Origin: Spirochaetia bacterium
GTDB lineage: Bacteria; Spirochaetota; Spirochaetia; CADAEX01
Direction: 5' to 3'
Assembly: GCA_963662795.1 (NCBI GenBank)
Contig: OY759746.1
Coordinates: 1,792,001 to 1,856,000, forward strand
Length of the DNA: 64,000 nt
Below are positions 21,342-32,289 of this stretch, one piece after another; positions within the stretch are counted from its first letter, which is position 1; the number at the start of each line of letters is the position of its first letter. The position numbers were made by a program, and so were the translations under genes. The notes beneath the pieces were generated by a model that saw only the letters and a program-made list of their open reading frames with translations, was not told the origin of the DNA and did not search any database.

Positions 21342-22126
21342 ATTCCCAACAGCTCTTTTACAGTCTCAATTTTTTCACCAAGTTCCTTTTTCCGTAAATT
21401 ATAAACATTCTCACCCGGGCCGTATATTCCGGTATCAACCTTAAGTTTTTTTTCTTCCTCAAGGAGGTTCCCGTAATAAGCAGTCCAGTCATCTTCCTCA
21501 TGGAGCGATTTTACAGGGATGATTTTGGCAGCAGGTTTCCAGGGCTTTCCAAGCTTTCTCCTCGCCATGAGCAGTATTATTATCTCTTCTGCCGAAAGGT
21601 CTCCAAAGAGTTTTTTTTCGTCAGACAGTTCTTCATCGCCGTATATTTTTTTATAGAAAGATAAAAATGCTTTTTCGCAGTCAGCGTATTTTTCCTGCCT
21701 GAAATAAAGCCTTGAAAGGTACGGCAGGTTAAATTCAATCATGTAGTCCTGTACATCTTCCCGTTTCAGGATATCGAGCGCTTTATCAAAATCCCCTTCC
21801 TCAATGAGACACCATGCCTCCGCCGCTCCAACGCCCGGGTGGTCTGTGAGGGTGAATCCCGAAGAAACAGCATCAAACAGTTTTTTCATGTCCCACGGGG
21901 CAGAATAATTTTTGAATAAATCAACATAGAGCTGCCAGACTGAAGGTTCTTCCCTGATTCCCTTTAAAATAACGTCGTCTGCAAGGTCGTAGTGTTTTCT
22001 TGCCCTGAGATACCCTGCCGATATTATTTTCCGCTCCCATTTAGCCTTTTTAAGATTGGGGTAAATTCTTGCGAGAAATATGATTGCAGCGACAAATCCT
22101 CCAATCATCAGATATTTTAAAATCAT
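21335..22126 (-). CDS. Membrane-anchored TPR-like hypothetical protein
   Basis: N-terminal TM and TPR-like helices (AWCLIEEGDFDKALDIL, LSRLYFRQEKYADCE). Confidence 0.7.
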   Translation of the reverse strand: MILKYLMIGGFVAAIIFLARIYPNLKKAKWERKIISAGYLRARKHYDLADDVILKGIREEPSVWQLYVDLFKNYSAPWDMKKLFDAVSSGFTLTDHPGVGAAEAWCLIEEGDFDKALDILKREDVQDYMIEFNLPYLSRLYFRQEKYADCEKAFLSFYKKIYGDEELSDEKKLFGDLSAEEIIILLMARRKLGKPWKPAAKIIPVKSLHEEDDWTAYYGNLLEEEKKLKVDTGIYGPGENVYNLRKKELGEKIETVKELLGIR

Positions 22127-22370
22127 TATGTACTCCTTGGTGCAGGGCGGCTTCTGCCGGGCAGGCCGCCTTTAGTTAATTATAGTATTAAAATTATTAT
22201 TTTAAAAGATTAAGGCAGGGGCGGCCTTTCCTTCCTCAGCCCTCAGCCATCAGCTATAAGTTATCACCCCTCTGCCCCGGTGCAGTAGCTCCATAAAATA
22301 TTCTTCCGCGGTAAGTCCTTCCGCAGTATCCGTTGGTAATAAATCCCTCCATAAGTACAGCAGCAGCCGG

Positions 22371-22994
22371 CTATTGAGCCGTCCATGGATTGTGTTTTAT
22401 TTCATCCTCTATAGAGGTTTCCGGGCCGTGTCCCGGATACACAACAGTAACTCCCGGAAGGGTGTAAAGTTTACTGCGGATCGAATCAAGCAGCTGTTTC
22501 CGGCTTCCTCCGGGCAGGTCTGTCCTTCCTATGCTTCTGAAAAAAAGTACATCTCCGCAAAAGAGGGATGCTGATTCCTTATGGTACAGGGAAATGTGCC
22601 CCTGTGTATGCCCGGGAGTGTGCAATACCTTAAGGTTTACGCTGCCGAAAGAAATGATTTCTGTCTGTGATGCGTCAATGGAGGGATCAGGCGAAATATC
22701 ACAGTCAAGCCCGAACATGGCAGCGTCGCCGCCTGTTTTTATACGGTCATATTCAAGTCTGTGGGCAGCGACCGGTACCTTGTTGCATGAGAAAAATTTA
22801 TTCCCGCCGATGTGGTCGAAGTGGCCGTGCGTGTTGATAATAACAGAAAGCTCATATTTTTCCCTGGAAATAAGCTCCGCTATTTCTGTGCTTCTGTCTC
22901 CCGGGTCTATTAATGCGGCTTTTTTTGTATCGGTGCAGACAAGAAGATAGCAGTTTGCCTGAACCGGGCCCAGCGTATATTTTTTAATAATCAA
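22371..22994 (-). CDS. MBL-fold metallo-hydrolase (glyoxalase II-like)
   Basis: THGHFDHIGG, HTPGHT, GDVLF, GRTDLPGG, PGHG. Confidence 0.93.
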   Translation of the reverse strand: MIIKKYTLGPVQANCYLLVCTDTKKAALIDPGDRSTEIAELISREKYELSVIINTHGHFDHIGGNKFFSCNKVPVAAHRLEYDRIKTGGDAAMFGLDCDISPDPSIDASQTEIISFGSVNLKVLHTPGHTQGHISLYHKESASLFCGDVLFFRSIGRTDLPGGSRKQLLDSIRSKLYTLPGVTVVYPGHGPETSIEDEIKHNPWTAQ

Positions 22995-23149
22995 GAGTCA
23001 CTCCCTGACAGTTTTACTTCCGGAATAATGGCTGGAAGTAATTACCGTCAGGAACTAAAATAACAATAATTTATCAAATATTCCATGACTGTAAGTGGTT
23101 TTAAAAATATTTGTATGGTATATCTGAATTCCGCAGCCGGAGGATAAAA

Positions 23150-24125
23150 ATGGAAAATGAAAATAAAGTAAGCAGGGAACAGGGCGATATAAACCAGGGA
23201 AAGAGCAGAATAAAATACTGGAAAAGGAATTTTGACGGTGAAGCTGAAAAATGGTTTAAAGAGGACAGGAAATATTTTCTCCATCAGGCCTTATCCACTC
23301 CCGTGCTTAATATTTTAAGCAAGACAGACGGTATCCACATATATGATATGACGGGAAAAAATATATAGACATGCACGGCAACGGAGTCCATAACGCAGGC
23401 TTCAGTAATCCTGAGGTAATTGAGGCTGTAAAAAAACAGCTTGATGAAAAACTCTGCTTTACCCCGAGACGGTTTTCAAATGTTCCGGCCATAAAATTCG
23501 CTAAAAAGCTCGCAGAAATTACCCCCGAGGGACTTGAAAAATCCCTCTTCTGTCCCGGGGGGGCGGAAGCGATAGAGACGGCAATAACCCTTGCCAAACA
23601 GGTTACAGGTAATTTCAGGACATACTTGTCCTTGGAAAATCGTTCGGGGGAGGCCTCCTTCCCTTTGCCGGCATTGTTGTAAAACCCGAATATGACATAT
23701 TACCCGGCAGATCGATCGGACACTATACCCATGAGAAAAACCCCCTGTGCAGCGCGGCAGGGCTTGCAGAAATTGAGTATCTTGAAAAGCATTCTCTTGT
23801 TGAGAATGCGGCTGAAATAGGCAGGTATACAATGGAGAGGTTTGAAAGCCTTAAAGAAAGACATCCCATGATAGGCAATATCGCCGGTATCGGCTGCCAC
23901 ATCGGCATCGACCTTGTTAAAAACCGCCTCACAAAAGAAAGGGCAGTGGATGAGGCTGAAGCAGTAATGTACAAATGCATGGAAAAGGGGCTTGCGTTCA
24001 AGATTATTGAAAGCAACATAATTACGCTCAGGCCTTCACTGCTGATTACAAAGGATGAGATGGAGTGGTGCATCAGGACAATGGAAGAGGCAATAGGTGA
24101 GGTTGAAAAGGGCAGTTACTACTGA
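23150..24125 (+). pseudogene. Class III aminotransferase-like (PbfA-like) pseudogene
   Basis: Fragments FLHQALSTP, (Y)IDMHGN, LGKSFGGG, GHYTHEKNP. One A is missing from an A-run near 23360, and an out-of-frame deletion near 23620 removes the central region. Confidence 0.85.
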
Positions 24126-24254
24126 GCAATTCATTATTCTGACGAACTTATTTTCTCAGGTGCTGACATTTGTTGACATGTAAACAAATGAGGTACTATG
24201 ATTGAGTGTTGTCCGGATCCCCCCCTCATGAGGGAAATGAAAAAAAGAGGCATA

Positions 24255-25815
24255 ATGGAAGAAGCATTTGAAACCGGCCCCCCTATTCTTGAAACGAGAT
24301 GCATAACGAAACAGTTCCCCAGGGTCCTTGCCAACGATGAAATCAGTATCCGCCTTCATAAGGGAGAGATCCTGTCCATTCTGGGCGAAAACGGTGCGGG
24401 AAAATCCACGCTGATGAATATCCTTTACGGACTTTACAGGCCGACCTCCGGAGAGATAATCCTTAAAGGAAAGGAAAGTGCCTTTTCCTCCCCGCGCGAT
24501 GCCATCAGGGCAGGGCTCGGGATGGTTCATCAGCACTTTATGCTTGTCGAGACGCTCACGGTAACGGAAAACATAATTCTGGGTTCAGAACCTTCAAAAG
24601 GGGGTGTAATAGATTATCAGCTTGCGAAAAAACAGGTGCTTGAAATCTCTGATCTTTACGGGCTTCATGTGGACCCTGATGAAAAAATTGAAAACCTTTC
24701 CGCCGGTCTTCAGCAGAGGGTCGAGATTTTAAAGGCCCTTTACAGGCATGCGGAAATTCTGATCCTTGATGAGCCGACCGCGGTGCTCACCCCCCAGGAG
24801 GTTGAAGAGCTTTTCAGGGTCATAAGGGCGCTCAGGGACAAGGGTGTCTCTATCATAATCATTACCCACAAACTCGAAGAGGTTATGGCTATCTCAGAGA
24901 GGGTTTATATATTAAGGCGGGGGAAACTGGCAGGAGAAGGCGATATTAAAGACCTTACATAAGGAAGAGCTGGCAAACATGATGGTCGGCCGGGATGTTA
25001 TTCTCCGTGTTGATAAAAAGGGAAGCCGAAAAAAGAAAGAGGCTGTCTTTTCCATTGAAAATCTTTCTGTCCTTAAAAAAGGGGGAACCGCTCTCCTTGA
25101 CAGCATGACACTTGATGTTTCGCCCGGTGAAATTGTCGGTATGGCAGGTGTTGACGGAAACGGACAGAGTGAACTTTCACAGGCTGTCATGGGACTTGTT
25201 AAAATTGATAAAGGTTCAATCAGGTTAAACGGAAAGGAGATCAGCACCCTTTCCACAAGGGAAAGGATAAAAGAGGGTATTTCATTTGTCCCTTCAGACA
25301 GACAGCGGGACGGCCTTGTTCTTGAAATGAGCGTAAGTGATAATATAATAATCGGCAGGCACGACAGAAAACCGTTTGTCAGGAGTGCCGGGCGGATTAA
25401 CCACAGGGAAATCAGAAGATATGCCGAAAAGCTTGCAGGCGATTTTGACATCAGAACTCCATCCGTGTCAGTCAGCGCCGGAGCCCTTTCCGGCGGCAAC
25501 CAGCAGAAGGTGATCCTCGCCAGGGAGTTTTCAAAGTCTCCTGTTTTCCTTCTCCTTAATCAGCCTACAAGGGGGCTCGATGTAGGCGCTATAGAATATA
25601 TCCATTCGCGGATAATGGAGATGAAGGAGAAGGGGGCCGCAATCCTTCTTGTTTCGCTTGAGCTTGAAGAAATTTTTGCTCTTTCGGACCGGATCCTTGT
25701 AATCTACGAAGGGCAGATTGTCAGGGAGCTGAAAACAGATGAAACTACTGATTATGAGGTAGGGCTTTATATGACAGGCGGAAGGAAGAAAGGGTCTTTA
25801 AATGACGGGAAATAA
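24255..25815 (+). pseudogene. Nucleoside/sugar (CUT2) ABC ATP-binding protein, frameshifted
   Basis: GENGAGKST, LSAGLQQ, DEPT in ORF1; LSGGNQQK, QPTRGLD in ORF2. An extra base at ~24960 (ACA T AAG GAA GAG) splits the gene; a sequencing error is possible. Confidence 0.8.
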
Positions 25816-27067
25816 AGCGGGCACTGAAGTGAGAAGAGAAAGAAAACACCTCAAAAAAGCTCTTGATGTAATTTCTGTTCTGCTGCTTGCCTCAGGCGCC
25901 GTATATTATCTAGGAGGCAGTTTTTCAGGCCTTGCGGCCATCTCATCCGGTGCCGCGCTGTATCTGTTTAATATCTACTATTTCGAAGGTCGGATGAGGG
26001 CTTTATCCGCAGTTAAAAAATATCTCTCAAGGCTTACTGTCCCGGTAATAGGTATTGCATCTGCGGTTTTATCCGGCGCAGTAATAATGCTTCTGACCGG
26101 ATATGATCCGCTCCAGTCATACACGGCCCTCTTCTACGGCGGGTTTGTAAAGAACTGGTATGTCGCGGTGCTTAACGCAACTCCCCTTATTTTTACGGGA
26201 CTTTCCATTGCCTTTGCTTTCAAAGCGGGGTTATTTAATATCGGCGCCGAGGGGCAGTACTATATCGGGGCCATGGCAGGAGCCTGGCTCGGGTTTACGC
26301 TTGAGCTGCCGCCTCTTCTTGCAATCATTCTTGTCTATACCGGCGGCAGTTTTCTGGCATCGCTCTGGAACTTCATTCCCGCTCTTCTCAAGGTGAAAAC
26401 CGGGGCGCATGAGGTAATTACCACAATGATGTTTGCCCACATCGCAAGATACCTTTCTCCCATATTTATAAGATCTTTCGGCGGCGACCCGGCAACCTCA
26501 AATCATCCCTATGTTACCTGGGACATCCCTGAGAGCAGCTGGCTCCTTTCTTTCCGCTCTTTTATTCCTGATGCCAACTACCGGCTTCATACAGGAATCA
26601 TCATTGCAGTTGCCGCAGCTTTTTTTGTCAGCTATGTGCTTGAGAACACGAAAACAGGATTTGAGATAAAGGCTGTCGGTTTTAATAAAGAGGCGGCAAG
26701 GGTGCAGGGGATATCTGTCGGGAAAAACATATTTATCGCGATGATGTTTGCAGGGGCCCTCGCAGGTATGGCAGGCATTACCCAGGTACTGGGCCTTGAC
26801 CACAAACTGTTCGATAATCTTCAGGCCGGCTACGGCTGGAACGGAATTTCCGTCGCGCTGCTTGCCTCAAATAATCCGGTAGGTGTTATCTTTACTTCGC
26901 TGCTGTGGGGTGCCCTTGATGCCGGGGGGCAGTATATGGCCAGGACTACAAAGACTCCGAATTCAATAGTCGAGATAATAAAGGGGATAATGCTGTTTCT
27001 GATTGTCGCGAAATATATCTATATTTACGCATCCCGGCTGATTAAAAGGAAAAAAGGGGGGAGGTAA
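25802..27067 (+). CDS. Nucleoside ABC transporter permease
   Basis: GLFNIGAEGQ, HEVITTMM, GYGWNGISVALL. Confidence 0.9.
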   Translation: MTGNKAGTEVRRERKHLKKALDVISVLLLASGAVYYLGGSFSGLAAISSGAALYLFNIYYFEGRMRALSAVKKYLSRLTVPVIGIASAVLSGAVIMLLTGYDPLQSYTALFYGGFVKNWYVAVLNATPLIFTGLSIAFAFKAGLFNIGAEGQYYIGAMAGAWLGFTLELPPLLAIILVYTGGSFLASLWNFIPALLKVKTGAHEVITTMMFAHIARYLSPIFIRSFGGDPATSNHPYVTWDIPESSWLLSFRSFIPDANYRLHTGIIIAVAAAFFVSYVLENTKTGFEIKAVGFNKEAARVQGISVGKNIFIAMMFAGALAGMAGITQVLGLDHKLFDNLQAGYGWNGISVALLASNNPVGVIFTSLLWGALDAGGQYMARTTKTPNSIVEIIKGIMLFLIVAKYIYIYASRLIKRKKGGR

Positions 27068-28029
27068 TGTCTGACATGTCATTTCTGCTGTTTTTAAATA
27101 CCGACCTCCTTGTCGCGACAGTGAGGCTTTCAACCCCCATTACGCTTGCGGCGCTCGGCGCGACAGTATGCGAGAGGGCCGGTGTTGTAAACATCGCAAT
27201 GGAAGGGATTATGATAATCGGGGCCTTCTTCGCTGCAGTTACCGCCTTTTACACAGGCAATCCGTGGCTCGGGCTTGCCTCAGGTGTAATCGCGGGAGGC
27301 ATCTACAGCCTGATCCACGCGGCAGCGGCAATCAGTCTCCATCTTGACCATGTTGTATCCGGCGCTGTCCTTAACATTCTTGCATTCGGGATTACCAGGT
27401 ATCTTATGGTCCTTTTTTTCGGCCATCCGGGGACTTCGGACGCAATCCCCTCTTTTCTTGGGGATTATCAGTTTGCAGTTCCCCTGCTTTCAAAAATACC
27501 GGTGCTGGGCCCTGTTTTCTTCAATCAGACACCGATAATCTATATATCTTTCGTTCTTGTAATATTTCTCGCCTGGTTTCTGAAATACACCAGGACAGGC
27601 CTTCATATCCGGGCCGCAGGGGAGCATCCACTTGCGCTTGAGACTATCGGCGTCTCTGTCTGTAAAATAAAATATCTGGCTGTCTTTATTTCAGGGCTTG
27701 CTTCAGGGCTTGCGGGAGCTTATCTTTCCATTGAGAACAATGTATCATTCACCGAAGGGATGACAAACGGTAAAGGGTTTATAGCCCTTGCCGCGATGAT
27801 ATCAGGAGGATGGAGCGCGGCCGGCTCGTTTCTTTCCGCCCTTTTTTTCGGTTTTGCGGACGCCCTTCAGATCCGTTTTCAGGTGTTCAGGATATTCCAT
27901 GTGCCTGAGGAGCTTTTTATTATATTCCCCTATGCCGCGACAATAATAGCTGTAGCCGGATTTGTAAGAAGATCAAGACCGCCCAGGGCAGACGGTGTTG
28001 ATTTTATAATAGAGAAAGAAAATGAGTAA
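27067..28029 (+). CDS. Nucleoside ABC transporter permease
   Basis: ERAGVVNIAMEG, RAAGEHP, GKGFIALAA. Confidence 0.9.
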   Translation: MSDMSFLLFLNTDLLVATVRLSTPITLAALGATVCERAGVVNIAMEGIMIIGAFFAAVTAFYTGNPWLGLASGVIAGGIYSLIHAAAAISLHLDHVVSGAVLNILAFGITRYLMVLFFGHPGTSDAIPSFLGDYQFAVPLLSKIPVLGPVFFNQTPIIYISFVLVIFLAWFLKYTRTGLHIRAAGEHPLALETIGVSVCKIKYLAVFISGLASGLAGAYLSIENNVSFTEGMTNGKGFIALAAMISGGWSAAGSFLSALFFGFADALQIRFQVFRIFHVPEELFIIFPYAATIIAVAGFVRRSRPPRADGVDFIIEKENE

Positions 28030-28044
28030 TCAAAGGAGATTTTT

Positions 28045-29097
28045 ATGAAAAAAGGGATAAGACTTGCTGTTCTTATATTAGCTGCGGCAATGATGCTGTC
28101 AGTTGCTTCCTGCAAAAAGGAAGAGAAAAAAGCAGAAGAGAAAAAGCTTTTTGCTTCAATGGCAACTGACGTCGGCGGGCTTGGAGATAAATCGTTCAAT
28201 GACGGAGCAAATCAGGGGCTGGAGCTTGTAAAGGAAAAACTCATGGCCGATGTCAAGGTTGTTGAATCCAAACAGCAGACAGACTATGTTCCAAACCTGA
28301 TCGGTCTTGCCGAAGACGGTTCCGATATTGTCTTTGCCGTCGGGTTCCTGATGGAACAGGCGGTAAAGGAAGCTGCTAAAAACAACCCGGACACAAAATT
28401 CGCGGGAATTGATATCTCGGCAGGAGACGGCGACCCTTCAAACTTTATGGGAATACTCTACAAGGAGCACGAATCAGGCTATCTTGCAGGAGTTGCCGCC
28501 GGCATGATGACAAAGGAATACGCATCTGTTTCCCCTAAATTCAATGACAAAAATGTCGTCGGCGTAGTCCTCGGGATGTTTATCCCTCCTGTTGAAAAAT
28601 TCGAGGTCGGTTTTATCCAGGGAGTAAAGGCTGTCAACCCTGACTGTAAAGTCCTGTCTGTAACAACCGGTTCCTTTGTAGATCAGGCCAAGGGAAAGGA
28701 AGCGGCCCTCGCGATGATAGAGCAGGGCGCAGACATTGTTTTCCAGGTCGCGGGTCTTACAGGCCTTGGAGTTATCCAGGCATGCAAGGAAAAAGGAGTT
28801 GCGGCAATCGGTGTTGATGTTGACCAGAGCGGCGTTGCGCCCGACACAGTGCTTACATCCGCAGTGAAGCAGATTCCCCGGACTGTATATCTTGCGGTAG
28901 AGGCTGTCAAGAATAATACATTTACCGGCGGTACAAAAGTTTACGGAATAGAAGATGACGCTACCGGCATTTCACCCTTCCATGAATTTGAAAGTATTGT
29001 GCCGCAGGCTGTCAAGGATAAGGTTGCACAGGTTACGGCAGACATGAAGGCCGGGAAAATAAAGATCGAAACTACAAGGGCCGCGCTCGGCATGTAG
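28045..29097 (+). CDS. BMP-family lipoprotein (nucleoside-binding)
   Basis: Lipobox VASC, GGLGDKSFND, AIGVDVDQ, LTSAVK. Confidence 0.93.
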   Translation: MKKGIRLAVLILAAAMMLSVASCKKEEKKAEEKKLFASMATDVGGLGDKSFNDGANQGLELVKEKLMADVKVVESKQQTDYVPNLIGLAEDGSDIVFAVGFLMEQAVKEAAKNNPDTKFAGIDISAGDGDPSNFMGILYKEHESGYLAGVAAGMMTKEYASVSPKFNDKNVVGVVLGMFIPPVEKFEVGFIQGVKAVNPDCKVLSVTTGSFVDQAKGKEAALAMIEQGADIVFQVAGLTGLGVIQACKEKGVAAIGVDVDQSGVAPDTVLTSAVKQIPRTVYLAVEAVKNNTFTGGTKVYGIEDDATGISPFHEFESIVPQAVKDKVAQVTADMKAGKIKIETTRAALGM

Positions 29098-29104
29098 ATT
29101 ATCC

Positions 29105-29158
29105 GGGGCGCCCCTGTTTTTCCGCTTATGTGCGAAAGACGCGGGCGTCTTTTTTTTA
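29105..29158. terminator. Intrinsic terminator between convergent genes
   Basis: GGCGCCC...GGGCGTC stem followed by a T-run. Confidence 0.65.
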
Positions 29159-29169
29159 CTCCACCCCCC

Positions 29170-29907
29170 TCACAGCTTTATGAGTTTTTTTACCGCAGCG
29201 TCTGCCGCAAGCAGGCCGAATATGGCGGTGATTACAGGATAGCTTCCCAGAATATTTCTCTCTCTCCCCCTGACAAAATCCTCCTTTTCCTCTTCACTTC
29301 CCGGCGGGCGGAGCGCGCTTTTCATCGGGACTTCGTCCGAATACACGCATGTTATGCCTTTTTCGATTCCCCTGCGGCGCAGATATTTGCGCAGGTTCCG
29401 TGCCAGCGGGCAGACATCTGTTTCAGAGATATCTGCTGTTTTGATCCGGGAAGGGTCTGTCCTGAGCGCCGCCCCCATTGAGGATATGATATCTGTGCTG
29501 TTTTCAACTGCCCAGGCGAGAAGCTCAATCTTGGGGCCGAGCGAATCTATCGCATCGATAATAATATCAGGCCTTTCCCGGAAAATTTCAGGAAAAGTAT
29601 CCCTGTGCGCGAAAACCTTAAGCGCGTCAACAGTGCATGAAGGGTTTATGCCGCATATCCTTTCCTTTATGACATCAACCTTTGCTCTTCCGACAGTTGA
29701 GTCGAGGGCGCCGATGTGCCTGTTTATGTTTGTAACTGCTATCACGTCAAAATCGGCAAGCGTTATATGTCCAATTCCGCACCTCGCGAGCGCCTCTGCG
29801 GCGAACCCTCCGACTGCGCCGAGCCCGACAACAGCGGCGTGTCTGCCTGCAAGATGCGATAATTTATCTTCTCCAATGAGCTGTGTAAGCCTTGAAAACC
29901 TCTCCAT
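29170..29907 (-). CDS. tcdA: tRNA threonylcarbamoyladenosine dehydratase (ThiF family)
   Basis: GLGAVG, DFD..TNINR, IDAIDS, SSMGAA, CPLAR, VYSDE. Confidence 0.88.
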   Translation of the reverse strand: MERFSRLTQLIGEDKLSHLAGRHAAVVGLGAVGGFAAEALARCGIGHITLADFDVIAVTNINRHIGALDSTVGRAKVDVIKERICGINPSCTVDALKVFAHRDTFPEIFRERPDIIIDAIDSLGPKIELLAWAVENSTDIISSMGAALRTDPSRIKTADISETDVCPLARNLRKYLRRRGIEKGITCVYSDEVPMKSALRPPGSEEEKEDFVRGRERNILGSYPVITAIFGLLAADAAVKKLIKL

Positions 29908-30772
29908 TTTCTTCTGTCACTCCGCATAATTCCGTTATATCAATATCAAGAAGCTTTGCCGTCTTTTCATAAACCGAAAGAAGCTCACCCCGGTATATAT
30001 CAGGTTCTGCCGCATCAGCATCTCCGGCATGCCATGTGCGGTCGGTTTCAAGCAGCAGAAACCTTTTGTCAATTTTAAGTATACAGTCTGATGCCCTTTC
30101 AGAGAAGAAGCCGCCCCTGCCGTGCGAAAAAAGTGTTCCGAATGAAATATATCCCCCGAGCGATATAATTTTTCCCATTGTCTCTGCCGAGCCGCTGTAG
30201 GCATGGACTATAAAGGGAGCTCTTATCCTCTCCCTTACACTTTCCAGAACCGAAAGAAGCGCGCCCCATTCCCGAACGCAGTGTATTGTAAAAGGCTTTT
30301 CAACTCTTAAGGCTGTCTCAAGCGCTCTTCTGAAAACATACTGCTGCTTTTCCCTTTCCCCGCCCCCAAGACGCAGCCTGTCAAGCCCGATCTCCCCGAT
30401 AAAAGCCCCCGTCTTAAGCGCAGTCTGCTCAAGCGCGGCAAGACGCTCATCATCAGCCTCATTAAAATCCCAGGGGTGAATCCCGATAAAAGGGATGACT
30501 GACGCGCCGCTTTTCCCTTCACGGTGTATCCCCTCCTCCAGTGAAAAAAGGGCCCCGCTCTCCCAGAGATCCCTTTCCCTTATATTGTTGAAAATCATTC
30601 CCGGCCGGATTTCCGGCTCATCCTCAGCTGGTATCCGCCTTAAGCTTTCCTCCCTGCCCGCCTCAGTTCTCCTGCCCTGTTTATCCTCACAGGAAAACCC
30701 GTCAAGCAGAGTCTTCATGCTTTTACCTGAGTCATATCCGTAAAGATGGCAGTGAAAATCGCTTAATACCAT
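29864..30772 (-). CDS. TatD-family hydrolase
   Basis: DFHCHL, GIHPW, IGEIGLD, IHCVR, HAYSGS, LLETD. Confidence 0.88.
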   Translation of the reverse strand: MVLSDFHCHLYGYDSGKSMKTLLDGFSCEDKQGRRTEAGREESLRRIPAEDEPEIRPGMIFNNIRERDLWESGALFSLEEGIHREGKSGASVIPFIGIHPWDFNEADDERLAALEQTALKTGAFIGEIGLDRLRLGGGEREKQQYVFRRALETALRVEKPFTIHCVREWGALLSVLESVRERIRAPFIVHAYSGSAETMGKIISLGGYISFGTLFSHGRGGFFSERASDCILKIDKRFLLLETDRTWHAGDADAAEPDIYRGELLSVYEKTAKLLDIDITELCGVTEENGEVFKAYTAHWRR

Positions 30773-31026
30773 ATCCTGATTGTACAATAAAAAAGCGGTT
30801 TTCCGCATATAAAATTCTTCATTACTGCGCAGGTAATATATAGTTCATTCTTCATCTGCGGCATGCCTGAAATCCGGCTTCCAGAATCTCATTTTTTCTT
30901 GACAATTGCTTTATGCCGCTATAGGATTCACATCAGCAGCAGCTGTCCCTTTTTGAGAAAGGGTTTTTTATCTCCGGCGTGATTATTGCTGCTTTTGATC
31001 ATGCAGAACATAAGGATTTGCCTCCA

Positions 31027-32166
31027 ATGTCAATCATAAGTGCTGTTTTGTATCCCCTTTCCATCCCTTTCAGAATGACCTTTTCACATGCCGAAGCGAG
31101 CCGTTCAGTCTGCGATTCATATATTCTTGAGTTAAGCGACGGGAAGAACAGCGGTTTCGGAGAGCTGATCCTGCGCAGCTATGTAAATGACCCGGGCGGT
31201 ATTTTCGATTCAAAACCAAAAATATCAAAGCGGATTTCTGAAATGATAGAGGAATTAACAGACGGAAATACCGGATTCATCACTCCTGATGAATTGAAAA
31301 ACAAAGTTCTTGACAGCCGCTGGAAGAATCATGAGCTTCCGCTCCTCGCTGCCGTTGAGGGGGCTCTTCTGGATATTCTCTGCCGCCGGAATAATGCCGA
31401 CATTTACAATCTTCTCGGGCAGCCACCCAAAAGGATGGAACTTGTCTATGGAGGGGTTCTTCCGATTCTTTCAGATGAGGCAATGACGGGGATTATTGCC
31501 GCTTATCATCAAATTGCCATTCCCTATATGAGGGTGAAGCTGTCAAAGGACTTAAGCTATAACAGGCATGTCTTAAAAACAGTGCGGGAGAGTTTCGGCG
31601 GTGATTTTGATATCAGGGTGGATGTAAACTGCGCGTGGGATATCAGGACAACCCTGGATCACATAGAACTGCTTAAATCTTGCGGAGTGAAGCTCGTAGA
31701 GGAGCCTGTCGGCGCTGACCATGAAAAAATGGTAAATCTTGCCGGCCGTACCAGGGGAAGCGGTGTTACTTATGTCGCGGATGAATCTGCAGTCTCTTTT
31801 GATGATATTGCCGGCATCGCCGCAGATAAGACTTTTTCCATGCTTAATCTCAGGCTGGCTAAAAACGGCGGCCTTTTACGTGTTCTTGAGCTGTCCCTGA
31901 GGGCAGAGAAGGCAGGCCTTAAGTATCAGCTTGGCTCCCACGTGGGTGAGACCGGAATTCTTTCGGTAACCGGGCGTATTGCGGCATCCCTCATGAAAAA
32001 TCCGGTTTATATAGACGGTTCATTTGATGATTTTCTTCTCTCTGACAATATTACAACAGAATCATTTACCTTCGGCAGCGGGGGAAAGGCGCCGGTTATT
32101 ACCGGAAAAATGATGGGTTATGATGTTGATACCGGCAAACTGGGGAAGGGCATTGTCCTTATTTGA
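31027..32166 (+). CDS. Enolase-superfamily (MR/MLE-like) protein
   Basis: F.HA..SR, GFGE, RVKL, DVN, EEP, ADES, NLRLAKNGG. Confidence 0.85.
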   Translation: MSIISAVLYPLSIPFRMTFSHAEASRSVCDSYILELSDGKNSGFGELILRSYVNDPGGIFDSKPKISKRISEMIEELTDGNTGFITPDELKNKVLDSRWKNHELPLLAAVEGALLDILCRRNNADIYNLLGQPPKRMELVYGGVLPILSDEAMTGIIAAYHQIAIPYMRVKLSKDLSYNRHVLKTVRESFGGDFDIRVDVNCAWDIRTTLDHIELLKSCGVKLVEEPVGADHEKMVNLAGRTRGSGVTYVADESAVSFDDIAGIAADKTFSMLNLRLAKNGGLLRVLELSLRAEKAGLKYQLGSHVGETGILSVTGRIAASLMKNPVYIDGSFDDFLLSDNITTESFTFGSGGKAPVITGKMMGYDVDTGKLGKGIVLI

Positions 32167-32289
32167 TTTGCTTTTCCACCGGCCCTGCGGGTACGCGGAC
32201 ACTGCCACAATTGTCAGATTTATAAAATTATTTTTAAAAAAGTTTATGGGTCCTGATGCCGATAGTGAAACAGGAGAACCTGAAGCCTG

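Noticed and set aside
24940-24980. Programmed frameshift in the ABC ATPase
   Set aside because: No slippery heptamer or stimulatory structure; a mutation or sequencing error is simpler.
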